Source of the DNA: an uncultured Eubacteriales bacterium
GTDB taxonomy: Bacteria; Bacillota; Clostridia; Christensenellales; Aristaeellaceae
Direction of reading: 5' to 3'
Assembly: GCA_902785105.1 (NCBI GenBank)
Contig: CACZXF010000043.1
Span: 20,580 to 84,579 of the forward strand
DNA length: 64,000 nucleotides
Shown: one piece after another, positions 37,192 through 46,370 of the stretch
Numbering within the stretch: position 1 is the stretch's first letter
How the letters are laid out: the number at the start of each line of letters is the position of its first letter
Translations under genes and position numbers: made by a program
Notes under the pieces: generated by a model
The model's database searches: none
What the model was told of the DNA's origin: nothing
The model's input: the letters and a program-made list of their open reading frames with translations, nothing else

Positions 37192-37419
37192 TCAGTATAT
37201 GGTCTTGAGCTTCGCGACCTCCACCCCGACCTCCCGGCAGAAAGCCTCCAGCGCGGCCTGATCGGGGGCCAGCTCGTATTCGTGGAATTTGCCGGTCTCC
37301 CGGTTGATGAAGCCCACGGTCATCTCGCCGGTGCAGATGCTTCGGCGCACGGCGGGCTCCTGCGTCGCCGGGTCGTAGGGGATGCGGCTTTGCTTCTTCC
37401 TGCGTTGAAACAGCGGCAT
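37192..37419 (-). CDS. Small conserved cytoplasmic protein of unknown function
   Basis: 75 aa with non-repetitive composition (SICTGEMTVGFINRETGKFHEY). Coding-like codon bias. Confidence 0.45.
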   Translation of the reverse strand: MPLFQRRKKQSRIPYDPATQEPAVRRSICTGEMTVGFINRETGKFHEYELAPDQAALEAFCREVGVEVAKLKTIY

Positions 37420-37455
37420 GGCGTATCCCTCCCTTAAAAGGTATATCGTTTCGTT

Positions 37456-37608
37456 GATAAACGGGGATTTATTGGGAAGTTACCTGCTCTCCTGTAGGGG
37501 CGGCGTTTCGCCGCCCGCTCGATATAAAGCTATGTCTCGTAGGGGGCGAGCGCCGAAACGGCGCCCCTACAGGGTTGGCTGGACGCCCCGATAAACTTCA
37601 ATTTATCG
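37456..37608. repeat. Family C element, copy C4
   Basis: About 96% identical by eye to C8 at 45770 and in the same orientation. Confidence 0.9.
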
Positions 37609-37623
37609 AGCAGGTAATGGTCA

Positions 37624-38721
37624 TCAGTTCAGCTTCAAATCCCCGTCCTTCACCCAGCCCAGCTTGCGCACCCCGGCGTGGATGATGAGGGAGAATACGG
37701 CAGGGAGAACGAAGGAGATCAGTATCAGGCCCAGCCAGTCCATGCCGGTGATGGCGGCCTTGGTGCCGGCGGCGATGTCATTGACCCAGCCGGTGTAGAC
37801 GCCGATCTGACCCACCAGGCCGCAGGTGCCCATGCCGGAGGAGACGGGCGCGCCGTTCATCCGCAGGCCGAATACGCAGGTGGCGATGGGGCCGGTGATG
37901 GCGGAGGCCAGCGTGGGGGCGATCCAGACCCGGGGATTCTTGACGATGTTGCCCATTTGCAGCATCGACGTGCCGATGCCCTGGCTGACCAGCCCGCCCC
38001 AGCGGTTTTCAGGGAAGGAGATCACCGCGAAGCCCACCATCTGGGCGCAGCACCCGGCCACCGCCGCGCCACCCGCCAGGCCCGTCAGGCCCAGCGCCGC
38101 GCAGATGGCCGCCGAGGAGATGGGCAGCGTCAGCGCCACGCCCACCAGCACCGAGACCACGATGCCCATCAGGAAGGGCTGCAATTCAGTGGCCCACTTG
38201 ATCAGGTCGCCCAGCCACATGGCCGCGCGGCCCAGCGGCGGCGCGATGAGCCATGAAAGGAAGATGCCCACGCAGATGGTCACCAGCGGGGTCACCAGTA
38301 TGTCCACTTTGGTTTCCTTGGAGATGGCCTTGCCGCACTCCGCCGCGATGATCGCCACGAAGAGCACCGCCAGCGGGCCGCCCGCGCCGCCCAGGGCGTT
38401 AGAGGCAAAGCCCACCGAGATCATCGAGAAAAGCACCAGCGGCGGGCACTTCAGCGCGTAGCCGATGGCCACCGCCATGGCCGGGCCGCTCATGGCCGAC
38501 GCGATGCCGCCCACCGTGTATTCCACCCCCGCCACCGTCGCCACCGGCGCGGTCAGGAAGGGGATGTGGAACTGCGTGCCGATGGTATTGATGATGGTGC
38601 CGATCAGCAGCGAGCAGAAAAGGCCCTGCGCCATCGCGCCCAGCGCGTCGATGCCGTAGCGCCGCAGGGAAATTTTGATGTCCTTCCGCTCCAAAAACGC
38701 CTTGAAGCCGCTCATATTCAT
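37624..38721 (-). CDS. PTS EIIC-like permease (EIIC_2 type)
   Basis: Polytopic, 365 aa. N-terminus FLERKDIKISLRRYGIDALGAMAQGLF is typical of the PF13303-like family. Confidence 0.65.
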   Translation of the reverse strand: MNMSGFKAFLERKDIKISLRRYGIDALGAMAQGLFCSLLIGTIINTIGTQFHIPFLTAPVATVAGVEYTVGGIASAMSGPAMAVAIGYALKCPPLVLFSMISVGFASNALGGAGGPLAVLFVAIIAAECGKAISKETKVDILVTPLVTICVGIFLSWLIAPPLGRAAMWLGDLIKWATELQPFLMGIVVSVLVGVALTLPISSAAICAALGLTGLAGGAAVAGCCAQMVGFAVISFPENRWGGLVSQGIGTSMLQMGNIVKNPRVWIAPTLASAITGPIATCVFGLRMNGAPVSSGMGTCGLVGQIGVYTGWVNDIAAGTKAAITGMDWLGLILISFVLPAVFSLIIHAGVRKLGWVKDGDLKLN

Positions 38722-38817
38722 CCCGCCTCATTCGTTCGTAGACCGTTCCCGGTCTCGCAAATATTGTAGCTTTATCGAACGGGAAAGTCAAGAAAAAACA
38801 GTGTTGCGCCGCGTTCA

Positions 38818-38848
38818 GGGCGGGCGGCGAAACGCCGCCCCTACAGGG
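38818..38848. repeat. Family C half-element, copy C5
   Basis: GGGCGGGCGGCGAAACGCCGCCCCTACAGG only. Confidence 0.8.
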
Positions 38849-38938
38849 TTTGGCGGTGTTACTTTGGTACTTTCCTATAAAAATTGCCTTGCGCGGCGTA
38901 AGTTTTTCGTCGCGCAAGGCTTTTTAGATTTTTGAAAA

Positions 38939-40618
38939 TCAGAGCTCGATGTCGTCCTTCATCAGGTCGGCAATGACCTTTTCGCGGACCTCGGAAACGT
39001 TGGTCTCGCGGATCTTCTGCCTAAGGGGCAGCACGCTCCGGGGGGAGACGGACAGCTCGTCGATGCCGATGGAGAGAAAGGTCTCGGTGAGCTCGAGGTC
39101 AGCGCCCAGCTCGCCGCAGATGCCGACCCAGACGCCGTTCTTGTGGGCGTTCTCGCAGACCATCTTGAGGAGGCGGAGCACCGCGGGATGATGGGGATTG
39201 AAGAAGCGGCCCAGATCGTTGTTCTGGCGGTCGCAGGCCAGGGTGTACTGGGTCAGGTCGTTGGTGCCGCAGGAGAAGAAGTCCACCAGCTTCGCCAGGC
39301 GGTCGCTCATCACGGCGGCGGCGGGGGTCTCGATCATGATGCCGATCTGCACGTCGTCAGCGAAGGGCTTGCCCTCGGCGGTCAGCTCCTTCTTGACCAT
39401 CTCGCACATCTTCTTGGCTTCCTTGACCTCCCACACGGAGGTGACCATGGGGAACATGATGCCCAGCTTGCCGTAGGCGGAGGCGCGATAGAGGGCGCGG
39501 AGCTGGGTCTTGAAGATCTCGGGCCGGTTCAGGCAGATGCGCAGGGCGCGGTTGCCGAGGGCCGGGTTCTCCTCCTTGGGCATTTCGAAGTAGTCGATCT
39601 GCTTGTCGGCGCCGATGTCCAGCGTGCGGATGACGACCTCCTTGCCGTCCATGTCGGAGAGGACCTTCTTATAAGCCTCGAACTGATAGTCCTCGGTGGG
39701 ATAGTCCGAGCAGTTCAGGTAGAGGAACTCGGAGCGGAACAGGCCGACGCCGCCGCCGTCGTTGGACAGCACGGTGGGCACGTCCTCGGGATTGCCGATG
39801 TTGCAGAACACCTTGATCTTCTGGCCGTCCAGGGTGACGTTCTCCTTGCCCTTGAGCTGCTCCAGGAGCTTGAGGCGCTTGAGCTGCTCCTCGCGCTTAG
39901 CCATCATCTTGGTGCGGGTGGCCTCGTCGGCCTCCACGATCACGGAGCCGGTGGAGCCGTCCACGATGACCTCGCGGCCCTCGTATTCGGGCTTGAGCTG
40001 GTCGCCCACGCCGATGATGGCGGGGATGCCCATGGTGCGGGCAAGTATGGCGGTGTGGCTGGAGCCGGAGCCGCCCTCGGTGACGAAGGCCAGTATCTTG
40101 GACTTGTCGAGCTGCACGGTCTCGGAGGGAGCCAGGTCGTCCGCGGCCAGAATCACGGGCACGGGGGAGTCAATGCCGCCCTGGGTGGTGCCGGTCAGTA
40201 TGCCGATAATGCGGCCGGAAACGTCCTTGACGTCCGCGGCGCGGGCCTGCATATAGGTGTCGTCCATCTGGGCGAACATATCCGCGAACTGGGCGGCGAC
40301 GTCGGTGACGGCGGCCTCGGCGTTCAGCTTGGTCTCCTTGATGAGCTCCTCGATGGCCTCCTCATAGTCCATATCCTCGGCCATCATCTGATGGGTCTCG
40401 AACAGGAAGGCGGCCTCCTCGCCGGCCTCCTTGAGAGCCTTGGCGGCCAGCTCGCCGAGCTGGCTGATGGCCGTGGCCTGGGCGGACTTGAAGCGGTCCC
40501 ACTCCGCCAGCGCGTCCTCAACGGTAATGCGGCGGATGGTGCTCTTCTGGCGCTGATAATAATACAGCGGCCCGAAGGCCACGCCGGTGGATACGCCTTT
40601 GCCCTGGATAGAAATCAT
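38939..40618 (-). CDS. ptsI: Phosphoenolpyruvate-protein phosphotransferase (PTS enzyme I)
   Basis: GSGSSHTAILAR phosphohistidine region and the C-terminal PEP-utilising domain motif GTNDLTQY. Confidence 0.9.
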   Translation of the reverse strand: MISIQGKGVSTGVAFGPLYYYQRQKSTIRRITVEDALAEWDRFKSAQATAISQLGELAAKALKEAGEEAAFLFETHQMMAEDMDYEEAIEELIKETKLNAEAAVTDVAAQFADMFAQMDDTYMQARAADVKDVSGRIIGILTGTTQGGIDSPVPVILAADDLAPSETVQLDKSKILAFVTEGGSGSSHTAILARTMGIPAIIGVGDQLKPEYEGREVIVDGSTGSVIVEADEATRTKMMAKREEQLKRLKLLEQLKGKENVTLDGQKIKVFCNIGNPEDVPTVLSNDGGGVGLFRSEFLYLNCSDYPTEDYQFEAYKKVLSDMDGKEVVIRTLDIGADKQIDYFEMPKEENPALGNRALRICLNRPEIFKTQLRALYRASAYGKLGIMFPMVTSVWEVKEAKKMCEMVKKELTAEGKPFADDVQIGIMIETPAAAVMSDRLAKLVDFFSCGTNDLTQYTLACDRQNNDLGRFFNPHHPAVLRLLKMVCENAHKNGVWVGICGELGADLELTETFLSIGIDELSVSPRSVLPLRQKIRETNVSEVREKVIADLMKDDIEL

Positions 40619-40714
40619 AGTCAATTGCTCCTTCCCAATAAAACAGTGTGGAGTGCGGCGCGACGGGGCACCGCACTCGGATATACATGGTTTGTAGAAT
40701 GTGTAGGGGAGATG

Positions 40715-40827
40715 GACTCCCTCCGACCCGCTTCGCGGGCCACCTCCCTCTGAGAGGGAGGCTTTTGGAGTGCGCCCTTTAGGCTCCCTCTCAGAGGGAG
40801 CTGTCAGCGAAGCTGACTGAGGGAGTC
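40715..40827. repeat. Family A element, copy A4 (inverted orientation, one arm degenerate)
   Basis: Ends GCTGTCAGCGAAGCTGACTGAGGGAGTC. Confidence 0.85.
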
Positions 40828-40857
40828 GTCTCCCATAAGCGAATAGCTGTTAGTTGC

Positions 40858-42744
40858 TTACTTCGCCCCAAACTCCACGCCTTCCATATCGTCGGAGTTG
40901 GTGAGCAGCACGGCCACGGTGTCGGAATAGCCGGCGGCCTTGATCTTGGCGCGGCTGAACTGGATCAGGGGCTGGCCGGCCTTGACCTTGTCGCCCTCAT
41001 GGACCAGGCAGTTGAAGCCGTCGCCGTTCATGGCCACGGTGTCCACGCCGACGTGGATCAGCAGCTCCATGCCGTTGGACTCGATGCCCACAGCGTGCTT
41101 GGACTCCGCCACAGAGGTAATCTCGCCGTCAAAGGGCGCGACCACGACCTCGCCGGTGGGCTGCACGCCGACGCCCGCGCCCAGCACGCCGCTGGCGAAG
41201 GTGTCATCGGGGATCTGGGTGTAGGGGATGACGTTGCCTTCCACGGGCTGCAGCACCTGGCCGGCGGCGCAGCGGATGACGGAGGTGGTGGGCACCTTCA
41301 CGGCAGGCGCGGCGGCGGGAGCGGCGGCAGCGGGCGCGGCCTGGGGCTCGTCTTCCTTCCAGACGATCCAGGTGAGCGCGAAGGCGATGCCGGCGGCGAT
41401 GGCCAGCTCGATCAGATACACGGGCACGTTGTTGACGGCGGGGATGCCGGGGATGCCGGTGACGCCGTAGGTGGTCGCGCCGAACTTCACCACGTTGCCC
41501 GCGGCGTCAGTGGCGTGCATCCAGGAGGCGAACAGGGAGCCCACCGCGCCGCCAATGGCGCCGCACACGAAGGGCTTCATGAAGCGGAAGTTGATACCGA
41601 AGATGGCCGGCTCGGTGATGCCCAGGGACGCGGACAGCGAGGAGGGCAGGGCCACGGACTTGGTCTTCTGGTTTCGGCACTTAAGCGCGACGGCCAAGCA
41701 GGCGCCGAACTGGGCGAAGTTGGCGGCGGAGGCGATGGGCATCCAGAAGTTGACGCCGGTGGAGGAGATCATGCCGGCCTCGATGACGTTGTACATGTGG
41801 TGCAGGCCCATGACGACGGTCAGCGGGTAGATGGCGCCCATGACGGCAGCGCCCACGCCGAAGCCGATGGTGATGAGCTTCTCAGCGCCCGCCAGCACGG
41901 CGTTCTCGAACACGGAGAAGATGGGGCCAATGATGGTGAAGGTGATGAAGGCGGTGACCAGCACGGTGCACAGGGGGGTGACGAACAGGTCGATCATCTC
42001 GGGCACGACCTTGTGCAGGTACTTCTCTATGGTACTCATCAAGAGTACCGCCAGTATCACCGGGATGACGTGACCTTGGTAGCCCACTTGTTGGACGTTA
42101 AAGAAGAATAAGTGCCATGTCGGTATCTCTCCGGCGGCGTAGTTGCCAACGGTCCAAGCGTTGATCAGGGCGGGGTGGACCATCATCAGGCCGATGACGG
42201 CGCCCAGGAAGATGTTGCCGCCGAACACGCGGGCGGCGGAGATGGCCACCAGCACGGGCAGCAGGGCGAAGGCGGTGTTGGCAACGAGGTCGAGGAAGCT
42301 GAACCAGTCGCTCTGGCCGAAGGCGGGCCAGAACTTCGGGATGGCTTCGACGATACCCATCATCAGGCCCGAGGCCACGATGGCGGGCAGGATCGGCACA
42401 AACACGTCGCCGGGGGTCTTCAGTATCTTCTTCCAAAGGGGCATCCGGCTGGCGGCCGCGGCCTTGACGTCGGCCTTCGACGCGGCGGACGCGCCGGTGA
42501 CGGCCAGGAACTCGTCGTAAACCTTGTTGACGGTGCCGGTGCCGATGATGAGCTGGAGCTGGCCGTTCGATTCGAACATGCCCTTCACGCCGTCCACGTT
42601 CTCCAGAGCCGCCTTGTTGACCTTGCTGTTATCCGCGATAACCAGCCTCAGTCGGGTCGCGCAGTGCGCGGCGCTGATGACGTTCGAGCCGCCGCCAATG
42701 TTGGAAGCGATCTCTTCAGCGCACTTGCGATAATCCAATGCCAT
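40858..42744 (-). CDS. PTS EIIBCA component, sucrose/beta-glucoside family
   Basis: EIIB HCATRLR cysteine site, a polytopic EIIC, and a C-terminal EIIA-Glc domain (HVGVDTV). Lies in a locus with GH32. Confidence 0.85.
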   Translation of the reverse strand: MALDYRKCAEEIASNIGGGSNVISAAHCATRLRLVIADNSKVNKAALENVDGVKGMFESNGQLQLIIGTGTVNKVYDEFLAVTGASAASKADVKAAAASRMPLWKKILKTPGDVFVPILPAIVASGLMMGIVEAIPKFWPAFGQSDWFSFLDLVANTAFALLPVLVAISAARVFGGNIFLGAVIGLMMVHPALINAWTVGNYAAGEIPTWHLFFFNVQQVGYQGHVIPVILAVLLMSTIEKYLHKVVPEMIDLFVTPLCTVLVTAFITFTIIGPIFSVFENAVLAGAEKLITIGFGVGAAVMGAIYPLTVVMGLHHMYNVIEAGMISSTGVNFWMPIASAANFAQFGACLAVALKCRNQKTKSVALPSSLSASLGITEPAIFGINFRFMKPFVCGAIGGAVGSLFASWMHATDAAGNVVKFGATTYGVTGIPGIPAVNNVPVYLIELAIAAGIAFALTWIVWKEDEPQAAPAAAAPAAAPAVKVPTTSVIRCAAGQVLQPVEGNVIPYTQIPDDTFASGVLGAGVGVQPTGEVVVAPFDGEITSVAESKHAVGIESNGMELLIHVGVDTVAMNGDGFNCLVHEGDKVKAGQPLIQFSRAKIKAAGYSDTVAVLLTNSDDMEGVEFGAK

Positions 42745-42944
42745 TGATCCTCTCTCCTTTTCTCTTTTCCCCCACGGAGGATCATTCCCCTCAACGATTA
42801 ATCAACCTCCGCAGTATAATAATTATTTTACACCATAACGGGCACAAAGTAAAGTTAAGGTTGAAAAATGTTTTATCTTCGTAACATTGACGTCATTTTG
42901 GTAAAATATGGAGGACTAAAGGGAGATGTTAAGCGGCTAAAAAA

Positions 42945-43026
42945 ACTGTAGGGGCGGCGTTTCGCCGCCCGCCGGGTAGTATGTTGTGTTTAGCACACGG
43001 GCGGGCGGCGCAACGCCGCCCCTACG
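42945..43026. repeat. Family C element, copy C6
   Basis: Core palindrome as in C3. Confidence 0.9.
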
Positions 43027-43074
43027 GGATGGGTACGTGACAGTATTGTTGTTCGTGGTAATGAATCAGCTATT

Positions 43075-43197
43075 CGGTAAACGGGGGAATATAGTGGAGA
43101 AAACCTGCTCTGCTGTAGGGGCGGCGTTTCGCCGCCCGCCGGGAAGTGCGTTGCGATATGTACTCGGGCGGACGGCGCAACGCCGCCCCCTACAGGG
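43075..43197. repeat. Family C element, copy C7 (tandem to C6)
   Basis: CGGTAAACGGGGGAAT... terminus plus the core. Confidence 0.9.
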
Positions 43198-43205
43198 TTT
43201 TCGCT

Positions 43206-44039
43206 TTATCCGATGAGTCCCAGCTTCTCAAAGGCCCAGGCCAGGCCGTCGGCCTCTACTGCGGGGCAGACGATGTCGCTGATTTCTTTAAGGGCCGGGC
43301 TGCCGTTGTCCATGCAGACGGAGGTGCCCACGGTCTCGATCATCTCAAGGTCGTTCATGCTGTCGCCGAAGCCGATGGTGTCGGCGATGTCGAAGCCAAA
43401 GGTCTCGGCCACGATGCGCACGCCCTTGCCCTTGTCAAAGGCCTTGTTGACGATCTCGCCGTTTAAGCAGTTGTGGGCGGCCACGTCCTGCACCACGAAA
43501 TTATAGCGGTCGGACAGCGCCTGCTTCGCGTCGTCCAGCTGGCTCATCTGGGTACACATAAAGACCACCTTATAGATGGGCCGGTCGTCATACTGACCCA
43601 TGGGGCGAATGTTGAGCTGCTCAGCCAGCGCCTTGCGCCAGCGGACCAGCTCGCTGTTGCCCTCGCCGGCCTGGGCCAGGAAGTCGCCCAGGTCCTCGTC
43701 GCCGAAGGTCGCGTCCACGGCCTCAATGGTGCGGAAAACGCCGTTGTCCTTCAATAATTTGAGCGCCGTCACCCGGTCCGCGTCGGGCATGGGGCAGTCG
43801 TACAGCACCCGGTCGCCGGCGAACACCCGCCCGCCGCCGCAGGCCACCGCGCCGTCAAAGCCCAGCGCCAGCACCGGGGCGAGCATGTCCGGGTTGCGGC
43901 CGGTGCAAAGAAACACCATGTGCCCCGCCGCCTGCGCCGCTCGGATGGCCTTCATGGCGCTCTCCGGGGGAATGTTGCTCCCCGCCGGGGTCAGCGTGCC
44001 GTCGATGTCGAGAAAGAGGAGCTTTTTATTTATGGACAT
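43206..44039 (-). CDS. Cof-type HAD-IIB hydrolase
   Basis: LFLDIDGTL motif I and GDSMNDLEM motif IV. ATG 8 nt after GGAGG. Confidence 0.8.
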   Translation of the reverse strand: MSINKKLLFLDIDGTLTPAGSNIPPESAMKAIRAAQAAGHMVFLCTGRNPDMLAPVLALGFDGAVACGGGRVFAGDRVLYDCPMPDADRVTALKLLKDNGVFRTIEAVDATFGDEDLGDFLAQAGEGNSELVRWRKALAEQLNIRPMGQYDDRPIYKVVFMCTQMSQLDDAKQALSDRYNFVVQDVAAHNCLNGEIVNKAFDKGKGVRIVAETFGFDIADTIGFGDSMNDLEMIETVGTSVCMDNGSPALKEISDIVCPAVEADGLAWAFEKLGLIG

Positions 44040-44065
44040 TGTAAATACCTCCAATGTTTTGTTGT

Positions 44066-44151
44066 GAATGGGGAATGGGAAATGGGGAATGGTGAATGAA
44101 TGGCAACAGCGGGTAACTTAATTCCCCATTCCCCATTCCCAATTCCCCATT
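44066..44151. repeat. Inverted GGGGAATGGG-type element, family D, copy D1
   Basis: TGAATGGGGAATGGGAAATGGGGAATGG ... CCCCATTCCCCATTCCCAATTCCCCATT. Overlaps the GH32 stop codon by 2 nt. Confidence 0.85.
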
Positions 44152-45613
44152 AAACAATAAAGTCGTCCGTCACTGCATCCTTCAGTTTCCACATGTGGAT
44201 GGCGGCGTCGCCGTCGAAGGAACAGCCGGTCTCCTCTGCGGTGGGGAAGGCGCGGGTGGTGAATACGGCGTCGCCGTCGTTGACGAAGATCTCCACGGAG
44301 CTGCGGTCGATGTAGACGCGCATGTGGTGGAAGCCCTTGGGCAGCGGGCGGGTGCGGGCTTCGCCCTGATCGGTGTTGAAGCGGCGGGCCATGCCGGAGC
44401 GGTCCACGGTCAGCTCCCGCCTTTCGTCGTCATAGCGGATGGAGAGGCCGCCGCTGCCGTCCTGTTTCGTGAACAGCTTCAGCTCCATGTCGCCTCCGCG
44501 GCTGATGAGCTCCAGCTCGGCCACCCTTGGCATCTTGCCGGGTTTGAAGGGGATCTCGCCGTCGCGGAGCTGTTTTAAGCCGCTCAGGGGCTGCTGGATG
44601 AGGCGGCGGTTGCGGATGGTCAGCTCCCTCGGGAGGGTCAGCGCGCCTTGCCAGTCCTCCTCGTCGGTGGGGTATTCGGCGTCGGGCAGGCCCATCCAGG
44701 CGACGATCACCGCGTGGTCGGGGTCGTCGATGTTGGTGGTGCAGGCGGCAGCGTAGCTGTCAAAGCCGAAGTCCAATACGTGGAAGCCGCCCTCCGGGGT
44801 GAAGGTCAGGTTCTCATAGTCCATCGTGCCAATAATGTAGCCGTTGTGGTGCTGTGTGCCGCCGCGGCCCGGCAATGTCAGGTGCTGGGGGCAGAATATC
44901 AGCACGTCCCGGCCGGAGATGTGCTCGATGGAGGGACATTCCCACATGTCCCCGAAGTCCTCGAAGCCGGGAACCTTGATCTCACCGGCGAAGCGCCAGC
45001 CGCTGTCCAGGGACTCGGATTCAAACATGATGACCCGGCCCTGTTTTTTGTCGTTCTGCGCGCCAAGCATGATGTAATATTTGCCGGTCTTTTCGTCGTA
45101 CTCCACCTTGGGGTCCCGCTGGTGCTCGGTGTAGCCGGGGGCGGGGCCGAACAGGGGCACGTCGTACTTCTTCACGCCGCCGTCGTCCATCAGCTCCGCC
45201 AGACAGGTGTAGGGCGTGCGGACCCAGTTTTCGTCCCGGTGGTTGCCGGTATAGAAGAGGTAGATGCCGTCATCCGCCACCAGCGCGGAGCCGGAATAGG
45301 CGCCCTTGTTGTCGTAGTATGTGTCGGGCTTCAGGCACACGCCCAGATTGCGCCAGGTGATCAGGTCGTCCGACGCCACGTGGTACCAGTACTTCAACCC
45401 GTGGACCGCGCCCCAGGGGCACCACTGATAGAACAGCCGCCAGCGCCCGTCGCGATGGCGCAGGAAGCCGTTGGGGTCGTTGAGCAGGCCCGTCACCGGC
45501 TGGATGTGGTAGCGCAGCCGGTAGTCCGAGGCCGAAATCCTCTCGTGCAGCGAACGTATCTCCTCCGGGTCCCTCAATACCCGGTAGCGTTCCTCCTTCG
45601 TCCATTTGCGCAA
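44150..45613 (-). CDS. GH32 sucrose-6-phosphate hydrolase
   Basis: TTG start after AAGGGGGG. NDPNG motif (LLNDPNGFL), RDPKV and ECP boxes. Confidence 0.85.
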   Translation of the reverse strand: MRKWTKEERYRVLRDPEEIRSLHERISASDYRLRYHIQPVTGLLNDPNGFLRHRDGRWRLFYQWCPWGAVHGLKYWYHVASDDLITWRNLGVCLKPDTYYDNKGAYSGSALVADDGIYLFYTGNHRDENWVRTPYTCLAELMDDGGVKKYDVPLFGPAPGYTEHQRDPKVEYDEKTGKYYIMLGAQNDKKQGRVIMFESESLDSGWRFAGEIKVPGFEDFGDMWECPSIEHISGRDVLIFCPQHLTLPGRGGTQHHNGYIIGTMDYENLTFTPEGGFHVLDFGFDSYAAACTTNIDDPDHAVIVAWMGLPDAEYPTDEEDWQGALTLPRELTIRNRRLIQQPLSGLKQLRDGEIPFKPGKMPRVAELELISRGGDMELKLFTKQDGSGGLSIRYDDERRELTVDRSGMARRFNTDQGEARTRPLPKGFHHMRVYIDRSSVEIFVNDGDAVFTTRAFPTAEETGCSFDGDAAIHMWKLKDAVTDDFIV

Positions 45614-45769
45614 AGGTATCCCCCCTTATGCTCGTTTATGTTAATTATATCATGTATTTTTAATCGGTCAATATAAAAAAGACCACGCGACAAAATAAAT
45701 CCTGTGCGGAATGAAATGGAAAGAGCAGCGCTGGCAGTTCGGTCCCATGTTGTAACTTTTCGGTCCTGT

Positions 45770-45923
45770 CGATAACCGGGGATTTGTCGGGAAGTTACCT
45801 GCTCTCCTGTAGGGGCGGCGTTTCGCCGCCCGCTCGATATAAAGCTATGTCTCGTAGGGGGCGGGCGCCGAAACGGCGCCCCTACAGGGTTGGCTGGACG
45901 CCCCGATAAACTTCAATTTGCCG
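45770..45923. repeat. Family C element, copy C8
   Basis: Near-identical to C4. Confidence 0.9.
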
Positions 45924-45981
45924 AGGACATTGAATAGTAACTAATTCCTTTCCTATTTTCAATTCTTCTCCAAATACCCTA

Positions 45982-46010
45982 TTGAAATTACTTTCACTAT
46001 ATGATAAAAT
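45982..46010 (+). promoter_or_regulatory. Sigma-A promoter for the riboswitch-led transcript
   Basis: TTGAAA, 17 nt, TAAAAT. Confidence 0.55.
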
Positions 46011-46039
46011 AGACCCGTCCTGAGAGGGACGAATGACAA

Positions 46040-46215
46040 CTGCACAAGACATGAGGTGCGCCGGGGAACCGGCGAGAATAGGGAAACAGGTGCGAAGCCT
46101 GTGCGAACTCGTCACTGTATGGGAGGAGCCGCCGCGAAGAAAGCCACTGGCGAAAGCCGGGAAGGCCGCGGGCGGGCGATGAGCCCCGAGCCAGGAGACC
46201 TGCCTCATGCCGGTA
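46040..46215 (+). promoter_or_regulatory. Cobalamin (B12) riboswitch
   Basis: P1 pairs CATGAGG with CCTCATG. Contains GGTGCGCCGGGGAA, GCGAGAATAGGGAA, the B12 box GCCACTGG and AGCCAGGAGACCTGCC. Lies 155 nt upstream of the 46371 start. Confidence 0.85.
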
Positions 46216-46370
46216 CGGACGACGTCCGAAGATCACGAGCAATTGATCGTACCGTCGGCAGGCATAATTTGTCTGCCCCGTTCTCTTGCGCGTGCGCGGG
46301 AGATTTTCTTTTGCGCCGGGATGAACTCCGTACTATGTGCCATCCGCACAACAACGAGGAGGAGAACATC

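Noticed and set aside
42745-42940. RAT/antiterminator or cre-type operator upstream of the sucrose-type EIIBCA gene.
   Set aside because: A CGGAGG...CCTCCG hairpin and possible -10 boxes are visible. Nothing matches the RAT or cre consensus well enough to call.
42945-43197. Possibility that the recurring GC-rich repeats are a CRISPR array.
   Set aside because: The repeats are long nested palindromes occurring singly or in pairs in scattered spacers. There is no regular repeat-spacer periodicity, and no cas genes are present in the window.
44066-44151. GGGGAAT arrays as telomere-like or simple satellite DNA.
   Set aside because: Each G-rich run is opposed by its complement a short distance away, forming an inverted repeat. 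One copy carries the shared element termini, so these belong to the same element superfamily.
46056-46370. N-terminal extensions offered by the ORF track. Examples: 46056 for the CbiK-like gene, 16695 for the NusG-II-like gene, 50140 for ydcF, 61132 for the SBP, 11886 for fusA, 3730 for the antitoxin, 34101 for pmbA.
   Set aside because: The extensions run through a riboswitch, promoters or repeat elements and lack ribosome-binding sites. Internal starts have good SD spacing and give canonical N-termini or signal peptides.
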